DNA from: an uncultured bacterium
GTDB taxonomy: Bacteria; Verrucomicrobiota; Kiritimatiellia; RFP12; UBA1067
Assembly: GCA_902802945.1 (NCBI GenBank)
Contig: CADCOC010000003.1
Location: 1,089-65,088, forward strand
Direction of reading: 5' to 3'
DNA length: 64,000 nt
The translations under genes and the position numbers were made by a program. The notes under the pieces are model-generated. The model was given only the letters and a program-made list of their open reading frames with translations, searched no databases and was not told the origin of the DNA. Positions 1 to 10,900 of this stretch are shown piece by piece (the stretch's first letter is position 1; each line of letters opens with the position of its first letter).

Positions 1-3000
1 AAGCAAGGCGCCAAGATCAAGGCCACCAACGGCTCCGTGCAGGTCAACCTCCTGACGGGCGACATCTACGACGGCTACGAAAGCCGTTTCATCACCCTGC
101 TTCCGACGCATCTTTGGTCTTCTGCCTACACCTCCCCCGTCGCGACGCCCGTCACGACAAAGAGCGGCACCACGACCTACAACAGCGGCACAAAGATTTG
201 GCTCTACAACCCCGGTTCCTCGGCCATCACCGTCTATTACGAGACAGCCGGCGTGAGCGCCAAGTCCGTTTCCGTACCGGCCAAATCCTCCAAGTATGTA
301 ATCGCCGGCAAGAAGACCACGACCACATCCACCGACACCTACACCGGCTCGACCACTTCAGGTGTTTACGTCTATACGAAGAACGATGCGCCTTTCTACG
401 CCATCGCGACAATCGACTCGACTGGCACGGGCAAGTCGACCAAGACTTCGGGCGGCGACAACCGCACCTGGGACTGGGGTTTCGCGCTGGTCCCGGACAG
501 CTCGATGAGCTCGCAGATCGTCGTCGGCCTCGGCCTCGGACGCGATCCTACCTCCACCACCTCGCCCAACGAGAACGGTGCCCCGATCTGGACCGTTGCG
601 GACAAGGACACCACCCTCTACGTGGACTACGACGGCAACCCCGACACTGGCGCCTACACCGACAAAAACGGCAGCAAGTACGACAAGGCCATCACCGTCA
701 AGCGCCTTGAGCTCGCCAAGGTGTACAACCCCTCCGGCGACCAGACCGGCATGCTCATCTACACCCTCGACGGTGCGAAGATCGCCGCCGCCTGGGGCGA
801 AGATCCGGCGAACTCCTCCCCCGGCCAGCCCGGCCTCGACCTTGGCACCGGCATCCCGCCCATGCCCGAATGGGTCATGCGCAAGTCGTCGAAGCTCGTC
901 GAAGACGCCGATGACGACGGCTTCATGACGCCCGGCGACACGATCGAGTACACGGTCGAGTTCCTCAACGTCGGCCGCCAGCCCGTCTCCGGCCTCACCC
1001 TTAAGGACGAACTCCCCGCCGACGTCACCTACGTCGCGGGCTCCTCCGCCTTCTCCTCCACCCACCGCGAATCCTCGAACAACACCAGCCACAACATCGC
1101 CGACAACGCCTCGGGTGACGCGTTCCCGTTCGGCGGCAACGGCCTCGACCTGACCATCGACGCGAACAGCGAGAACGGCGGCAACCTCCGCGTCGGCGGC
1201 GCCTGGTACTACACCTATCGCGTCCGAATCAACAACTCCGTCAACTCCGACGCGATCCGCAACGTCGCAATCGCGATTGGCCCCGGTGCCTCCGTCACGA
1301 ACTCGATCACGGACTCGCTCCGCGCCCTCGTGGGCGACAAAGTCTGGCTGGACACGAACGGCAACGGCATCCAGGACGCGAATGAAGCGCCCGTCGCGGG
1401 CATCGTCGTCAGCCTCGTGGACGCCAACGGCAACCTCGTCTTGAACGACAAGGACATCCCCTATCAGGTCGCGACCGATGAGAACGGCAACTACCTCTTC
1501 AAGGGCGTCCGCCCCGGCACCTACCAGGTTGTCTTCGACCTCCCGCCCTACTACACAGCGACCACGAAGGACGCAGGCTCCGATGACGAAGCCGACTCCG
1601 ACATCGGCGCAACGGGCGCGACGGAGCAGTTCACGCTCCGCGGCGGAGAGGTCAAGGACGATGTTGACGCAGGTCTCGTCCTCGTGGACGACCCCGCATC
1701 CATCAAGATCGTCAAGACCGCCGGCAACGCCCCTGACGGCACCGTTCTCGCGCTCGACGCCAAGGGCGTGCCCGTCACCTACACCTACAAGGTCACCAAC
1801 ACCGGCAAGACCTACCTCTCCGGCGTGACCGTCACGGACGACATTCTCGGCGACATCGGCACCGTCGAGGGCCTCCTCGCCCCCGGCGCGACGGTCATCC
1901 TCACCAAGACCACGACGATCACCAGGGGTGTCGTCAATGTCGTCAATGTCGTCGGCACGCCCTGCGCGAAGGATGGTACGCAGATTTCCTTCCTCAATGA
2001 CGTTACGGACGAGGACGACGCGGAAGTCACCGTCCCCGCCGACCCCGCCACAATCGGTGACCGCGTCTGGGCCGACATTGACGACGACGGCTTCCAGGAC
2101 GAAGGCGAGCCCGGAATTCCCGACGTGACCGTCACGCTCAAGGATTCCAACGGCAACGTCGTCGCCTCCATGAAGACCGACGCCAACGGCAACTACCTCT
2201 TCGAGGACATTCCCGCTGGCTCCTACACCGTCGTATTCACCTCGCCCGACAGCGTCTATGAGTTCACCGCGAAGGACGCCGGCTCCGACGACGCCAGCGA
2301 CTCCGATGCCGACGCCTCGGGCGTTGCGTCCGTCACGGTCGGCGAAGGCGACGTAAACCTCACGATTGACGCGGGCCTGAAGCTCAAGAGCGGCGCGGCC
2401 GCCATCAATCTTGTCAAGACGGCCGGTGACGCCGCAGACGGCACGGCCCTCCAGCTCGCCCGCTACGGCGACACCGTCACCTACACCTACAAGGTCACCA
2501 ACACCGGCCTTGCCCCCCTCATTAATGTGAGGGTCACGGACGACAAGCTCGGCACCATCGGCACCATCGCCTCCCTCGCGCCTGGCGCCTCCGCGACGCT
2601 GACCGCCTCGACCGCGCTCACCGAGGATACGACCAACGTCGGTACCGTCACCGCCACCCCGACGACCAAGTCGGGCGACGCCATTCCCGGCGTTCCCTCG
2701 GTCACGGACACCGATGACGCCGTCGTCAAAGTTCCCGAGCAGACCGCCACCATCGGCGACCGCGTCTGGATCGACGCAGACGGCGACGGTATCCAGGACG
2801 CTGACGAGATCGGTCTCGGCGGTGTGACCGTTGACCTCAAGGACGCGAACGGCAACGTCGTCGCTACGAAGACGACCGACGGAAACGGCAACTACCTCTT
2901 CACGGACGTCAAACCTGGCGCCTACACCATCGTCTTTACGGCCCCGACCGACTGGACCTTCACCACGCAGAACGTCGGTGCCGATGCCGCCGACAGCGAC

Positions 3001-6000
3001 GCCGACCTCGTAACGGGTGCCGTGTCCGTCACGGTCGCCCCGGGCGACGACAACCGCACGATCGACGCGGGCCTGAAGCTCGCCGACGGCGTCGCCGCCA
3101 TCCAGATCGTCAAGACAGCAGGCAACGCTCCTGACGGTACGACGCTCCGCACCGACACCATCGGCGAGGCGGTCACCTACACCTACAAGGTCACCAACAC
3201 CGGCCGCACTTACCTCAAGGATGTCGAGGTCACGGACGACAAGCTCGGCACCATCGGCACCGTCACCGGTACCCTCGCCCCCGGTGCGTCCGCGACGCTG
3301 ACCAAGACGGCCACGATCTCTGTGGATACGACCAACGTCGGCACCGTCACCGGCACGCCGTGCGACGAGAACGGCACCGTCCTCGACACGGACAAAGTCT
3401 CCGCCACGGACGATGCCGTAGTGGACGTCCCGGACGAACCCGCCTCCATCGGCGACCGCGCATGGGTTGACCTCAACGGCAACGGCGTGCAGGACGCCGG
3501 CGAGCCCGGACTTCCTGGCGTGATCGTCACGCTTCAGGACAGCACCGGCGCCGACATCGCGACGACGATGACCGACGAGAACGGCAACTACATCTTCCCG
3601 GACATCAATCCCGGCGACTACACCGTGACCTTCGCACCGACGCAGACCTGGTGGAAGGTCACCGAGCAGGACGTCGGCAACGACGACGCCGCGGACAGCG
3701 ACATCGACGCCGATGGCGTGACGGAGACCTTCACGCTCGTCTCGCTCGTTGACGACCTCAGCCGCGATGCGGGCTTCGTCTTCGACGACACCGCCGCTTC
3801 CATCGAGATTGCCAAGACCGCCAGCAATACCGCCATCGGCAAGGGCGATACCGTCACCTACACCTACGTCGTCACCAACACCGGCTCCACCTATTTCAAG
3901 GACGTCACCATTACGGACGACAAGCTCGGTGCCATCGGCACCATCGCCATCCTCGCCCCCGGCGCCGCCCAGACGTTGACCGCCACGGCGGTCCTCACCG
4001 AGGACACGACCAACATCGGCACCGCCACCGGTACGCCCGCAGACTCCACCGGCACGCCAATTCCCGGCGCAGATGACGTCACGGCCAATGACGAAGCCAC
4101 CGTCTCCGTCAACACAGATCCCGCCATCGTCGGCGACCGCGTGTGGAACGACGTGGACGGCGACGGCATCCAGGATGACGGCGAACTCGGCATCCAAGGC
4201 GTGACCGTCAACCTCCTCGACGCCGATGGCAACGTCGTTGCGACCACGACGACGGACGCGAACGGCAACTACCGCTTCGAGATCGGCGACCCCGGCACCT
4301 ACGTCATCGAGTTCGCCCCCAAGAGCGGCTGGACCTTCACCACGAAGGACGCGGGCAACGACGACGCCCTTGACAGCGACGCCGATCCCGCCACGGGCCG
4401 TACGCCGTCCTTCACCGTCTCGGCAGGCCAGACCGACCTCACGCTCGACGCCGGCCTCGTCGGCGGCGTGCCTCCGGGCATCTGCTCGCTCATTGACGTC
4501 GCGAACAAGTTCAACGCCTTCATCGGCGGCAACTTCACGTCCGACGGCGGCGACACCGAGGGCAACCTCCTCGTCGGCGGCAACGCGACGCTCGGCGCTG
4601 GCTACAGCGTCGGCCTCATCGGCCCCGGCAACGGCCGCACCCGTGAAGCCGCAGCCCTCGGCACTGACTCGCTCGTCGTCGCTGGCGACCTCACCGAGAC
4701 GACCGCCCCGGACATGAACGGCAACATCGTGTACGGCGGCACCTACACCAACCAAGGCCAAACCGCCCGCATCCTCGCCTTCTACGACATGCGCAACGTC
4801 AGCCCCGTCACCCTCGATGAGAACTGGAACGTCCCAGAGGACGGTTCGGGCCGCACCCTCGCGGACATCGCCGCCGACCTCAAGCGCTTCAGCTCAATCG
4901 TCGCGACCCTGCCCGAAAGCGAGGGCGTCACGAAGGACTACACGACCGACCCCTGGAACATCGTCTGGACCGGTACCAATACCTTCCGCAACGTCTTCTG
5001 GGCCAACGCGGCCGACTTCAACCTAAAGTACAAGGGCATCTGGCTCAAAGTCCCCGCGGGCAGTAAGGTTGTCGTGAACATCTTCGGTGCCACCATCACC
5101 GAGACCTACAGCGACATCTACCTCCCTCAAGGCGTCGATCCCTCGCAGGTGCTCTTCAACTTCGTGGACGCGACCTCCATCACGACCACGGGCTACGAGT
5201 TCCACGGCTCGGTCCTCGCGCCATACGCCAACGCGAGCTTCTCCGGTGCTTCGATCGACGGCTTCGCCTACATCGGCGGCAACGTCCAGACCGAGAACGG
5301 CTTCGAGTTCCACGACTACGAGTTCAAGGCATTCGACTGCTCGCGGAGCATCGTTACCGTCAACAAGCCCGCCATCGGCGTCTATCTCTCCGCCAACGGC
5401 TATGACGTCGGCCAGATCGTCCGCGTCGCGGAAGGCGGCACCCTTGAGATCGTTCAGAAGGTCGCCAACACCGGCCGTACGAGCCTGGAGAACGTCGTGC
5501 TCGTCGATGTGCTCGGCAACCGCTACGACCTCGGCACCCTCGCCGCCGGCGAGTACAAGACCGTCACGGTCTCCGCCACGGCCGCAGCGAACCTCCGTTC
5601 GGCCACCGCCACGGCCGACGTAATCGCCGCCGACGGTTCCGCCGTTCCGGCCTACGAAGGCGCCAAGGTCTCCGCCACGGGCAGCCTGACGGTCCAGACC
5701 CTCACGGCCGAGGCGCTCGCCGCCTACGATACTGCGAAAGCCGTGGCCGAAGCAGCCAAGCTCGGCTACATACCGCGTCCCGACTTCGAGGTCACGTCAA
5801 TCAACTTCGTGAACGAAGCGCCTACGATCACGGGCGAAGTCTTCTCGGTCATTGCCACGATCAAGAACGTCGGCGAGACGACGGCCTATCCCGGCAAGGT
5901 CGCGCTCTATGTTTCGCACGCCGACATCGTCATGGCAGGCGAGACGCCTAACGCCGTGACGAACACCACGCAGTCTCTCGAACCCGGACAGGTAATGGAG

Positions 6001-6399
6001 ATTAGGTTCACGAATCTCAAGGCCCCGGGCGAGGGCGGACCTCACCACGTCCGTGTCCTCGTGGACGCCGACAATGCGGTGGACGAGCTGAGCGAAGGCA
6101 ACAACCAGCTCCCGCTCTTCTACTTCCTGAACAACATCGCCGTCTCGATCGAGATCGGCAACGGCCAGCTGACCCTCACGTGGAACAGCTATGAAGGCCA
6201 GACCTACACTGTCCGCGCAGCGCCCACGCTCGACGCCTTCGAGGACTACATTCCCGTCGGCGAAGGCGACGAGCTCAACCTCGGCTACTACCACATGGAG
6301 GCCACGCCGCCGTACAACACGGTCACGATCGACCTCGGCGGCACAGACGCGCGCTTCTTCAAGATCCGCGTGGACAACCTCGCAGACGAGGTGCGGTAA
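1..6399 (+). CDS. giant modular surface adhesin, 5' end outside the window (SdrD-B/Cna-B-like + DUF11-like modules, choice-of-anchor-A-like region, CARDB-like module)
   Basis: The frame is open from nt 1, so the true start lies upstream; the GTG at 37 is arbitrary. Five GD[KR].W.D.[ND]G[ND]G...NGNY.F...DSDAD modules alternate with VKTAG...VTYTYKVTNTG modules. These are followed by ANKFNAFIGGNFTSDGGDTEGNLLVGGNATLG (choice-of-anchor-A-like) and PDFEVTSINF...IKNVGETTA...LSEGNNQ (CARDB-like). Stop TAA at 6397-6399. Confidence 0.85.
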   Translation, partial: KQGAKIKATNGSVQVNLLTGDIYDGYESRFITLLPTHLWSSAYTSPVATPVTTKSGTTTYNSGTKIWLYNPGSSAITVYYETAGVSAKSVSVPAKSSKYVIAGKKTTTTSTDTYTGSTTSGVYVYTKNDAPFYAIATIDSTGTGKSTKTSGGDNRTWDWGFALVPDSSMSSQIVVGLGLGRDPTSTTSPNENGAPIWTVADKDTTLYVDYDGNPDTGAYTDKNGSKYDKAITVKRLELAKVYNPSGDQTGMLIYTLDGAKIAAAWGEDPANSSPGQPGLDLGTGIPPMPEWVMRKSSKLVEDADDDGFMTPGDTIEYTVEFLNVGRQPVSGLTLKDELPADVTYVAGSSAFSSTHRESSNNTSHNIADNASGDAFPFGGNGLDLTIDANSENGGNLRVGGAWYYTYRVRINNSVNSDAIRNVAIAIGPGASVTNSITDSLRALVGDKVWLDTNGNGIQDANEAPVAGIVVSLVDANGNLVLNDKDIPYQVATDENGNYLFKGVRPGTYQVVFDLPPYYTATTKDAGSDDEADSDIGATGATEQFTLRGGEVKDDVDAGLVLVDDPASIKIVKTAGNAPDGTVLALDAKGVPVTYTYKVTNTGKTYLSGVTVTDDILGDIGTVEGLLAPGATVILTKTTTITRGVVNVVNVVGTPCAKDGTQISFLNDVTDEDDAEVTVPADPATIGDRVWADIDDDGFQDEGEPGIPDVTVTLKDSNGNVVASMKTDANGNYLFEDIPAGSYTVVFTSPDSVYEFTAKDAGSDDASDSDADASGVASVTVGEGDVNLTIDAGLKLKSGAAAINLVKTAGDAADGTALQLARYGDTVTYTYKVTNTGLAPLINVRVTDDKLGTIGTIASLAPGASATLTASTALTEDTTNVGTVTATPTTKSGDAIPGVPSVTDTDDAVVKVPEQTATIGDRVWIDADGDGIQDADEIGLGGVTVDLKDANGNVVATKTTDGNGNYLFTDVKPGAYTIVFTAPTDWTFTTQNVGADAADSDADLVTGAVSVTVAPGDDNRTIDAGLKLADGVAAIQIVKTAGNAPDGTTLRTDTIGEAVTYTYKVTNTGRTYLKDVEVTDDKLGTIGTVTGTLAPGASATLTKTATISVDTTNVGTVTGTPCDENGTVLDTDKVSATDDAVVDVPDEPASIGDRAWVDLNGNGVQDAGEPGLPGVIVTLQDSTGADIATTMTDENGNYIFPDINPGDYTVTFAPTQTWWKVTEQDVGNDDAADSDIDADGVTETFTLVSLVDDLSRDAGFVFDDTAASIEIAKTASNTAIGKGDTVTYTYVVTNTGSTYFKDVTITDDKLGAIGTIAILAPGAAQTLTATAVLTEDTTNIGTATGTPADSTGTPIPGADDVTANDEATVSVNTDPAIVGDRVWNDVDGDGIQDDGELGIQGVTVNLLDADGNVVATTTTDANGNYRFEIGDPGTYVIEFAPKSGWTFTTKDAGNDDALDSDADPATGRTPSFTVSAGQTDLTLDAGLVGGVPPGICSLIDVANKFNAFIGGNFTSDGGDTEGNLLVGGNATLGAGYSVGLIGPGNGRTREAAALGTDSLVVAGDLTETTAPDMNGNIVYGGTYTNQGQTARILAFYDMRNVSPVTLDENWNVPEDGSGRTLADIAADLKRFSSIVATLPESEGVTKDYTTDPWNIVWTGTNTFRNVFWANAADFNLKYKGIWLKVPAGSKVVVNIFGATITETYSDIYLPQGVDPSQVLFNFVDATSITTTGYEFHGSVLAPYANASFSGASIDGFAYIGGNVQTENGFEFHDYEFKAFDCSRSIVTVNKPAIGVYLSANGYDVGQIVRVAEGGTLEIVQKVANTGRTSLENVVLVDVLGNRYDLGTLAAGEYKTVTVSATAAANLRSATATADVIAADGSAVPAYEGAKVSATGSLTVQTLTAEALAAYDTAKAVAEAAKLGYIPRPDFEVTSINFVNEAPTITGEVFSVIATIKNVGETTAYPGKVALYVSHADIVMAGETPNAVTNTTQSLEPGQVMEIRFTNLKAPGEGGPHHVRVLVDADNAVDELSEGNNQLPLFYFLNNIAVSIEIGNGQLTLTWNSYEGQTYTVRAAPTLDAFEDYIPVGEGDELNLGYYHMEATPPYNTVTIDLGGTDARFFKIRVDNLADEVR
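1333..4450 (+). repeat. five tandem coding modules of about 680-720 bp inside the adhesin gene
   Basis: Module starts (codons for GD[KR][VA]W) are at 1333, 2056, 2755, 3451 and 4132, giving spacings of 723, 699, 696 and 681 bp. There is also a 9-bp tandem duplication, gtcgtcaat x2 (+gtcgtc), at 1930-1953, which encodes VVNVVNVV. Confidence 0.8.
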
Positions 6400-6424
6400 G
6401 TCAACGGAGGCAGTCTCTGATTAG

Positions 6425-7966
6425 ATGGCAACCGACAGGACATCTACGGCAGGGGGAGGAAGAACGCGTAATCGTTTTACGCGTTCCAGTCCCCGTACTG
6501 CCGGTTCCGGGAGCCGCCGCCGAGATACGGTGGAGGTGCGTTCCAGTCGGTGTCCGCACTGTTTGATTGACGTCCAGACCCTGGGGACGGCTCCGCCAAC
6601 GATCTGTCCATACTGCCGCCAGGCGATGGTGCAGAGCACGCTGGAGCGCACGATCGCCCCGCCGATGGCGCCGCCTTCGCAGGAAGAGGTGAAGGCGCGC
6701 CTTAAGGCAATCTACCATCCCCCGCATTTCATATTCGGCTTCATCGTTGCGGTTGGAGCGGTGGGTTTGCTGGCGTGGGCGGTGACGGTGCAGCTGAACA
6801 GCATCGAGAACTACTTCTACCAGCCGCTCGTGTCGATTTACTCCATGATCGCCGGCATCTTCGTGATCACGCGCTTCATCTTCGCCGCCTTCTATAAGGC
6901 ACCGGCCGAAGCCGACTTCGAGCCGACGCTGACGGTGCTGGTGCCGTGTTTCAACGAGGGTTTGGCGATCCGCAAGACCCTGGAGCGCATCTTCTCCTCA
7001 GGCTATCCCCTGGACAAGCTTGAGGTCGTGTGCGTCAACGACGGCTCCTCGGACGATTCGCTCGTCCACATCCAGGAGGCGCAGACGAACCATCCGGGGC
7101 TCGTGCTGGTGAATTTCGAGAGGAACCGCGGTCTCTGCCACGGTTGGGGGGTGGCGACGTTCCTCGCGCGCGGCGAATTCATGGTGTGCGTGGATTCGGA
7201 CACCTTCGTCTTCCCGGGTTCGCTCCACAAGCTGATGCAGGGCTTCGTGGACCCGACGGTGGGCGGCATCTCCGGCCACTGCGACATCGAGAACGCGAAC
7301 GTCAACATGCTCACGCGGATGCAGGACGTGAGGTACTACTTCTCGTACAAGATCATGAAGGCGGCCGAAAGCGTATTCGGCACCGTGAGCTGCCTGCCCG
7401 GATGCTTTTCGGCGTACAGGCGGACGTGCGTCCTCGCCGTGATGGACGACTGGATCAACGCGACCGTGTGGGGCAAGCACGGGAACTACGCCGACGACCG
7501 TTCGCTCACGAACCTCATCCTGAGGGACTACAAGATACTCTACGACGACCAGGCGCTCGCGACGACGATCTGCCCCGAGGGGTGGAAGCAGTACGCGCGC
7601 CAGCAGGCGCGGTGGGTGAGGTCCTACCTGCGCGAAATCTGGAAGACGGGCAAGTTCATGTGGCGCAAGCACCCCGTTCCCGCGCTTTCGTGGTACGCCA
7701 TGATGTGGATGCCGATCGTCGAGCCCGTCGTGATGGTGCAGGCGCTTATCGTCTCGCCCATACAGGAGGGGACGCTACATCCGTCGTATGTGATTGGCGT
7801 GTTCACGATCACGCTGGTGTGGAGCCTACACTTCTGGATCACGAGCGGCCGCAGGTGGTGGTATGCCGGGATCCTGTTCACGCTTTCCTACATCTTCTTT
7901 TTCGGCTGGCAGACCTACTGGGGCTTCCTGACGCTTGACGGCAAGAAATGGGGTACGAGAGGATGA
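6425..7966 (+). CDS. processive family-2 glycosyltransferase (class I hyaluronan synthase / NodC / PgaC-like polysaccharide synthase)
   Basis: The motifs VLVPCFNEG, NDGSSDDS, VDSDT, GCFSAYRR, ADDRSLTN and QQARWVRSYLRE (QxxRW) are collinear with HasA/NodC-type synthases. Hydrophobic helices flank the catalytic core. The start is uncertain: ATG 6425, GTG 6530/6536 or ATG 6626. Confidence 0.8.
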   Translation: MATDRTSTAGGGRTRNRFTRSSPRTAGSGSRRRDTVEVRSSRCPHCLIDVQTLGTAPPTICPYCRQAMVQSTLERTIAPPMAPPSQEEVKARLKAIYHPPHFIFGFIVAVGAVGLLAWAVTVQLNSIENYFYQPLVSIYSMIAGIFVITRFIFAAFYKAPAEADFEPTLTVLVPCFNEGLAIRKTLERIFSSGYPLDKLEVVCVNDGSSDDSLVHIQEAQTNHPGLVLVNFERNRGLCHGWGVATFLARGEFMVCVDSDTFVFPGSLHKLMQGFVDPTVGGISGHCDIENANVNMLTRMQDVRYYFSYKIMKAAESVFGTVSCLPGCFSAYRRTCVLAVMDDWINATVWGKHGNYADDRSLTNLILRDYKILYDDQALATTICPEGWKQYARQQARWVRSYLREIWKTGKFMWRKHPVPALSWYAMMWMPIVEPVVMVQALIVSPIQEGTLHPSYVIGVFTITLVWSLHFWITSGRRWWYAGILFTLSYIFFFGWQTYWGFLTLDGKKWGTRG

Positions 7967-10900
7967 GCGAGAATCCGGACAGAACCAGCTCCGCCGGGAT
8001 GGCGGGCAACGGGTGGACGCGACCGCAGGCGATGCGCAAGGACCAGAACCGCAACGCCTGGCTCGTGTTGTTCGGCCTAGTGTGCCTGGGGGTGGCGACA
8101 TGGGGCGTGCTCAACGGCTTCTACTGGAAACGGCGCGAGCGCGTACAGCGGGCGGCACTGGACATGGCAAAGCGCGAGAGCGATTCGTTCGTGGCCATCG
8201 TCTACGACGGTGTCACGACAAAACCGGAACCCGGCGGGGACTTCGTCTCGACGAAGATGTTCGAGTCGCAGCTGGACGCGCTGAAGGCGGCGGGGTACAC
8301 CCCGATCACACTCGACGACGTGGCGAGGTTCTACAAGGAGAAGCGTCTCCTTCCCGCCAAGTCGCTGCTGATCACGTTCGAGAACTCGCGGCGAAGCTCG
8401 TACTTCACCACCGCCGGCCTACTGGAGAAGCGGCGCTGGCATGCCGTCATGGGGGTGGTGACGGACGACGTGCGCAAGGAGGTGGAGGGGGTCATCCTCG
8501 CGCCGTACCTGGAGCACATGAAATCAAGCCCCACGTGGGAGCTGGCGGTGGAGTCCGACCACGGCACGGGGGAAGTCACTGCGGGCGCGGACGGGCGAAA
8601 GGCGATGTTCTTTTCGGCACCAGCGTGGCTGCCGGACCTTTCGCGATTTGAAACCCTGGAGGAGTTCGACAGGCGCATCCGCGCCGACCATGCCGCGGCG
8701 GTCTCGTTTTTCACGAACAAGCTCGAATGCGCGGCGCGGGCATTCTTCTTCCCCATGGGGAACTACGGACAGTTCGAGGCGCACAACAGGCCACTGCGGG
8801 AAGCCAACCTCAAGGCGGTGGAGGACTTCTACGAAATGGGGTTCGTCATCGACGGCTTCGGCTACAACGACGCCCACTCCGACCCGCGCCGTCTCGCGCG
8901 GCTCAAGGTGGATCCCACGTGGAGCGCCGACGAGCTGGTGCGTATCCTTGACGGCGTGTGGCCGCGCGAGACGCCCGGCGGCTGGAACGACCCGCCGGAA
9001 GCGGGCGACGTGGAAAAGGAAAGGTGGCGCGCGATCTGGGGCGAGTGCATACCAGGCGCCGGCAGTTCCTCGGTCTACCTGCGGGCAAAGGCCCCGGACG
9101 ACCCGGTCGTCTCCGACAAAGGCTCCACCACCGGCTCGAAGGCGCTGGTGATGGGTTCCAACGCCTTTGCGGAAGGCTCGCTTGAAATCAAGTTCCGCAT
9201 GGAGGGAGGCGGCTTCACCGTGTTTCTGAACTACGTGGGCGAAGACGACACGGTGATGCTCACGCTCGGAAATGACAGCTCGGTCATCCTGACGCGCAAC
9301 CAGCCGGAGCGCCCGGGCGGCGAAAGGCTGGCCGCTGAATTCCTGGATTCCCCCATCAGTACGGGCCGCGAGCACTCGCTCGTTCTCGTCTCGCGCAACG
9401 GCGCGCTCTTCACGATGCTGGACGGGCGGATGCTCTTCGCCGGGGGCGTGAGCCTTGGGAACCCTCGGCCCAAGCCCGGATTCGTCGGCGCGGGCGTCTG
9501 GAGCGGCCATCCCGGCGAGGCGGTTGTGGAGATCATGTCCGTGCGCCTCAGGGCGCCGCTACCGCGTTTAGCGGTTTGGGACGCGGAGTCGATACGCGAC
9601 AAGACGGACGTCTTCGCGGAGCTTGAACGGCAGGCCTTCAGGTACGACGGAATCGCGCCGCCGTGGTTCTCGGCGAGCGACGGCATGGCCGGCTTCCAGC
9701 TCGTTGAGGATCTCGACGTCATCAAGGTCGAGGCGGCCAAGGCGTTCTGCGGCGTATGGCCGCGGCTGAAGCTCTCCGGGAAGAACCCGTTCGACAACAT
9801 CCCGCGGGAGACGTCGGCGGAGGCGTTCAAGGACGGCGGTTTCGCGGGGCTCTACATAGACGCGAGCGAGCTGGATGAGACGGGGCTGCCGCTGATGCGC
9901 AGCTGGATTGCGTCGTTCCGCCAGGATACGGGGTATACCAACATGCCGGTAGCGGTCAGGTTCCCGGCATCGTTCGTGTCGGGGAGCCTGGCGGTGGGCT
10001 TTCTTGACACGCTGCCGGGCGTGACCGTGGTGGCTGCGGATGGTTCGGCGGTCACGCCCGTCCTCTGGAAGCGCATGCACGGGCTCCTGCCGGTGGTGCC
10101 GAACGGCAAGGACGGCGCCGTCAACTACTACCAGCTCGCGAAGATCGACGCGAACCCGCAGGACGCGCAGCCCGGCGATCCGGACTTCGTCGTCCGGGTA
10201 GAGCGGCTCCTCACCGAACGCCGTTTCCTTGAGGCAGACGCCGCCGCCAAGCGCTGGACGGAGGCGATGCCGACGAGCGCGGACGCATGGGAATACAAGG
10301 CGCGGCTGAACGTCCGCGAGACGCGTGGCGACGATGCGGCGGCGGCCTATCGGAAGGCCCTCGAACTCGACCCCGGGAGAATCAGCGTGGTGACGGCCTT
10401 CGCCGACTACCTGATGACGACCGGCAAGGCCGAGGACGAGGCGCGCGAGATGCTGGACAGGTACGCGAAGGCCTTTCCCCTGAACCGCGAGATCGCCCTC
10501 GCGCAGGCGCGTTGGCTCGACCACAAGGGCATGCGCGCGGACGCGCGCGCGATCCTAAAGGACTGGGTCAAACGCCAGCCCGACAACATCGACAACAGGG
10601 TGGCGCTGCACAACTACCTCAACGATGCGCCCGAGCGTTACGAAAACCTGTTGCACATCATCGACATGGTCGCGCCCAGCAGCCAGAACCTGATGTGGTT
10701 CCGCCGCAAGATCGAGAGTTCCGGGCTCTTTACGTTTCCTGAGTCAAGCGCGGCGTTCGACTTCCTGCGGCGCGTGGCGAGCGATTCCAAGAATGGCCTG
10801 GTGAGGCGCAACTACATGACGCTGATGCCGCTCGAACAGCCCATTAGCGAGAATTTCTCGATGTCTAGCCTCTCCGACAACTGGGAGGTTTTCGGCAACA

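Noticed and set aside
358-4761. 1467-aa ORF on the minus strand, opposite the adhesin gene. Similar long antisense or alternative-frame ORFs occur at 8524..9510(-), 9568..10524(-), 11856..13484(-), 16218..17597(-), 21506..22714(-), 27563..30058(+), 30393..31739(+), 32208..33230(+), 44599..45693(-), 50122..51291(-), 51607..54003(-) and 56648..57643(-).
   Set aside because: Their composition (runs of R/G/A/V/D/H) is what the antisense strand of GC3-rich genes produces. None carries a recognisable motif. Each fully overlaps a gene with strong family signatures on the other strand or frame.
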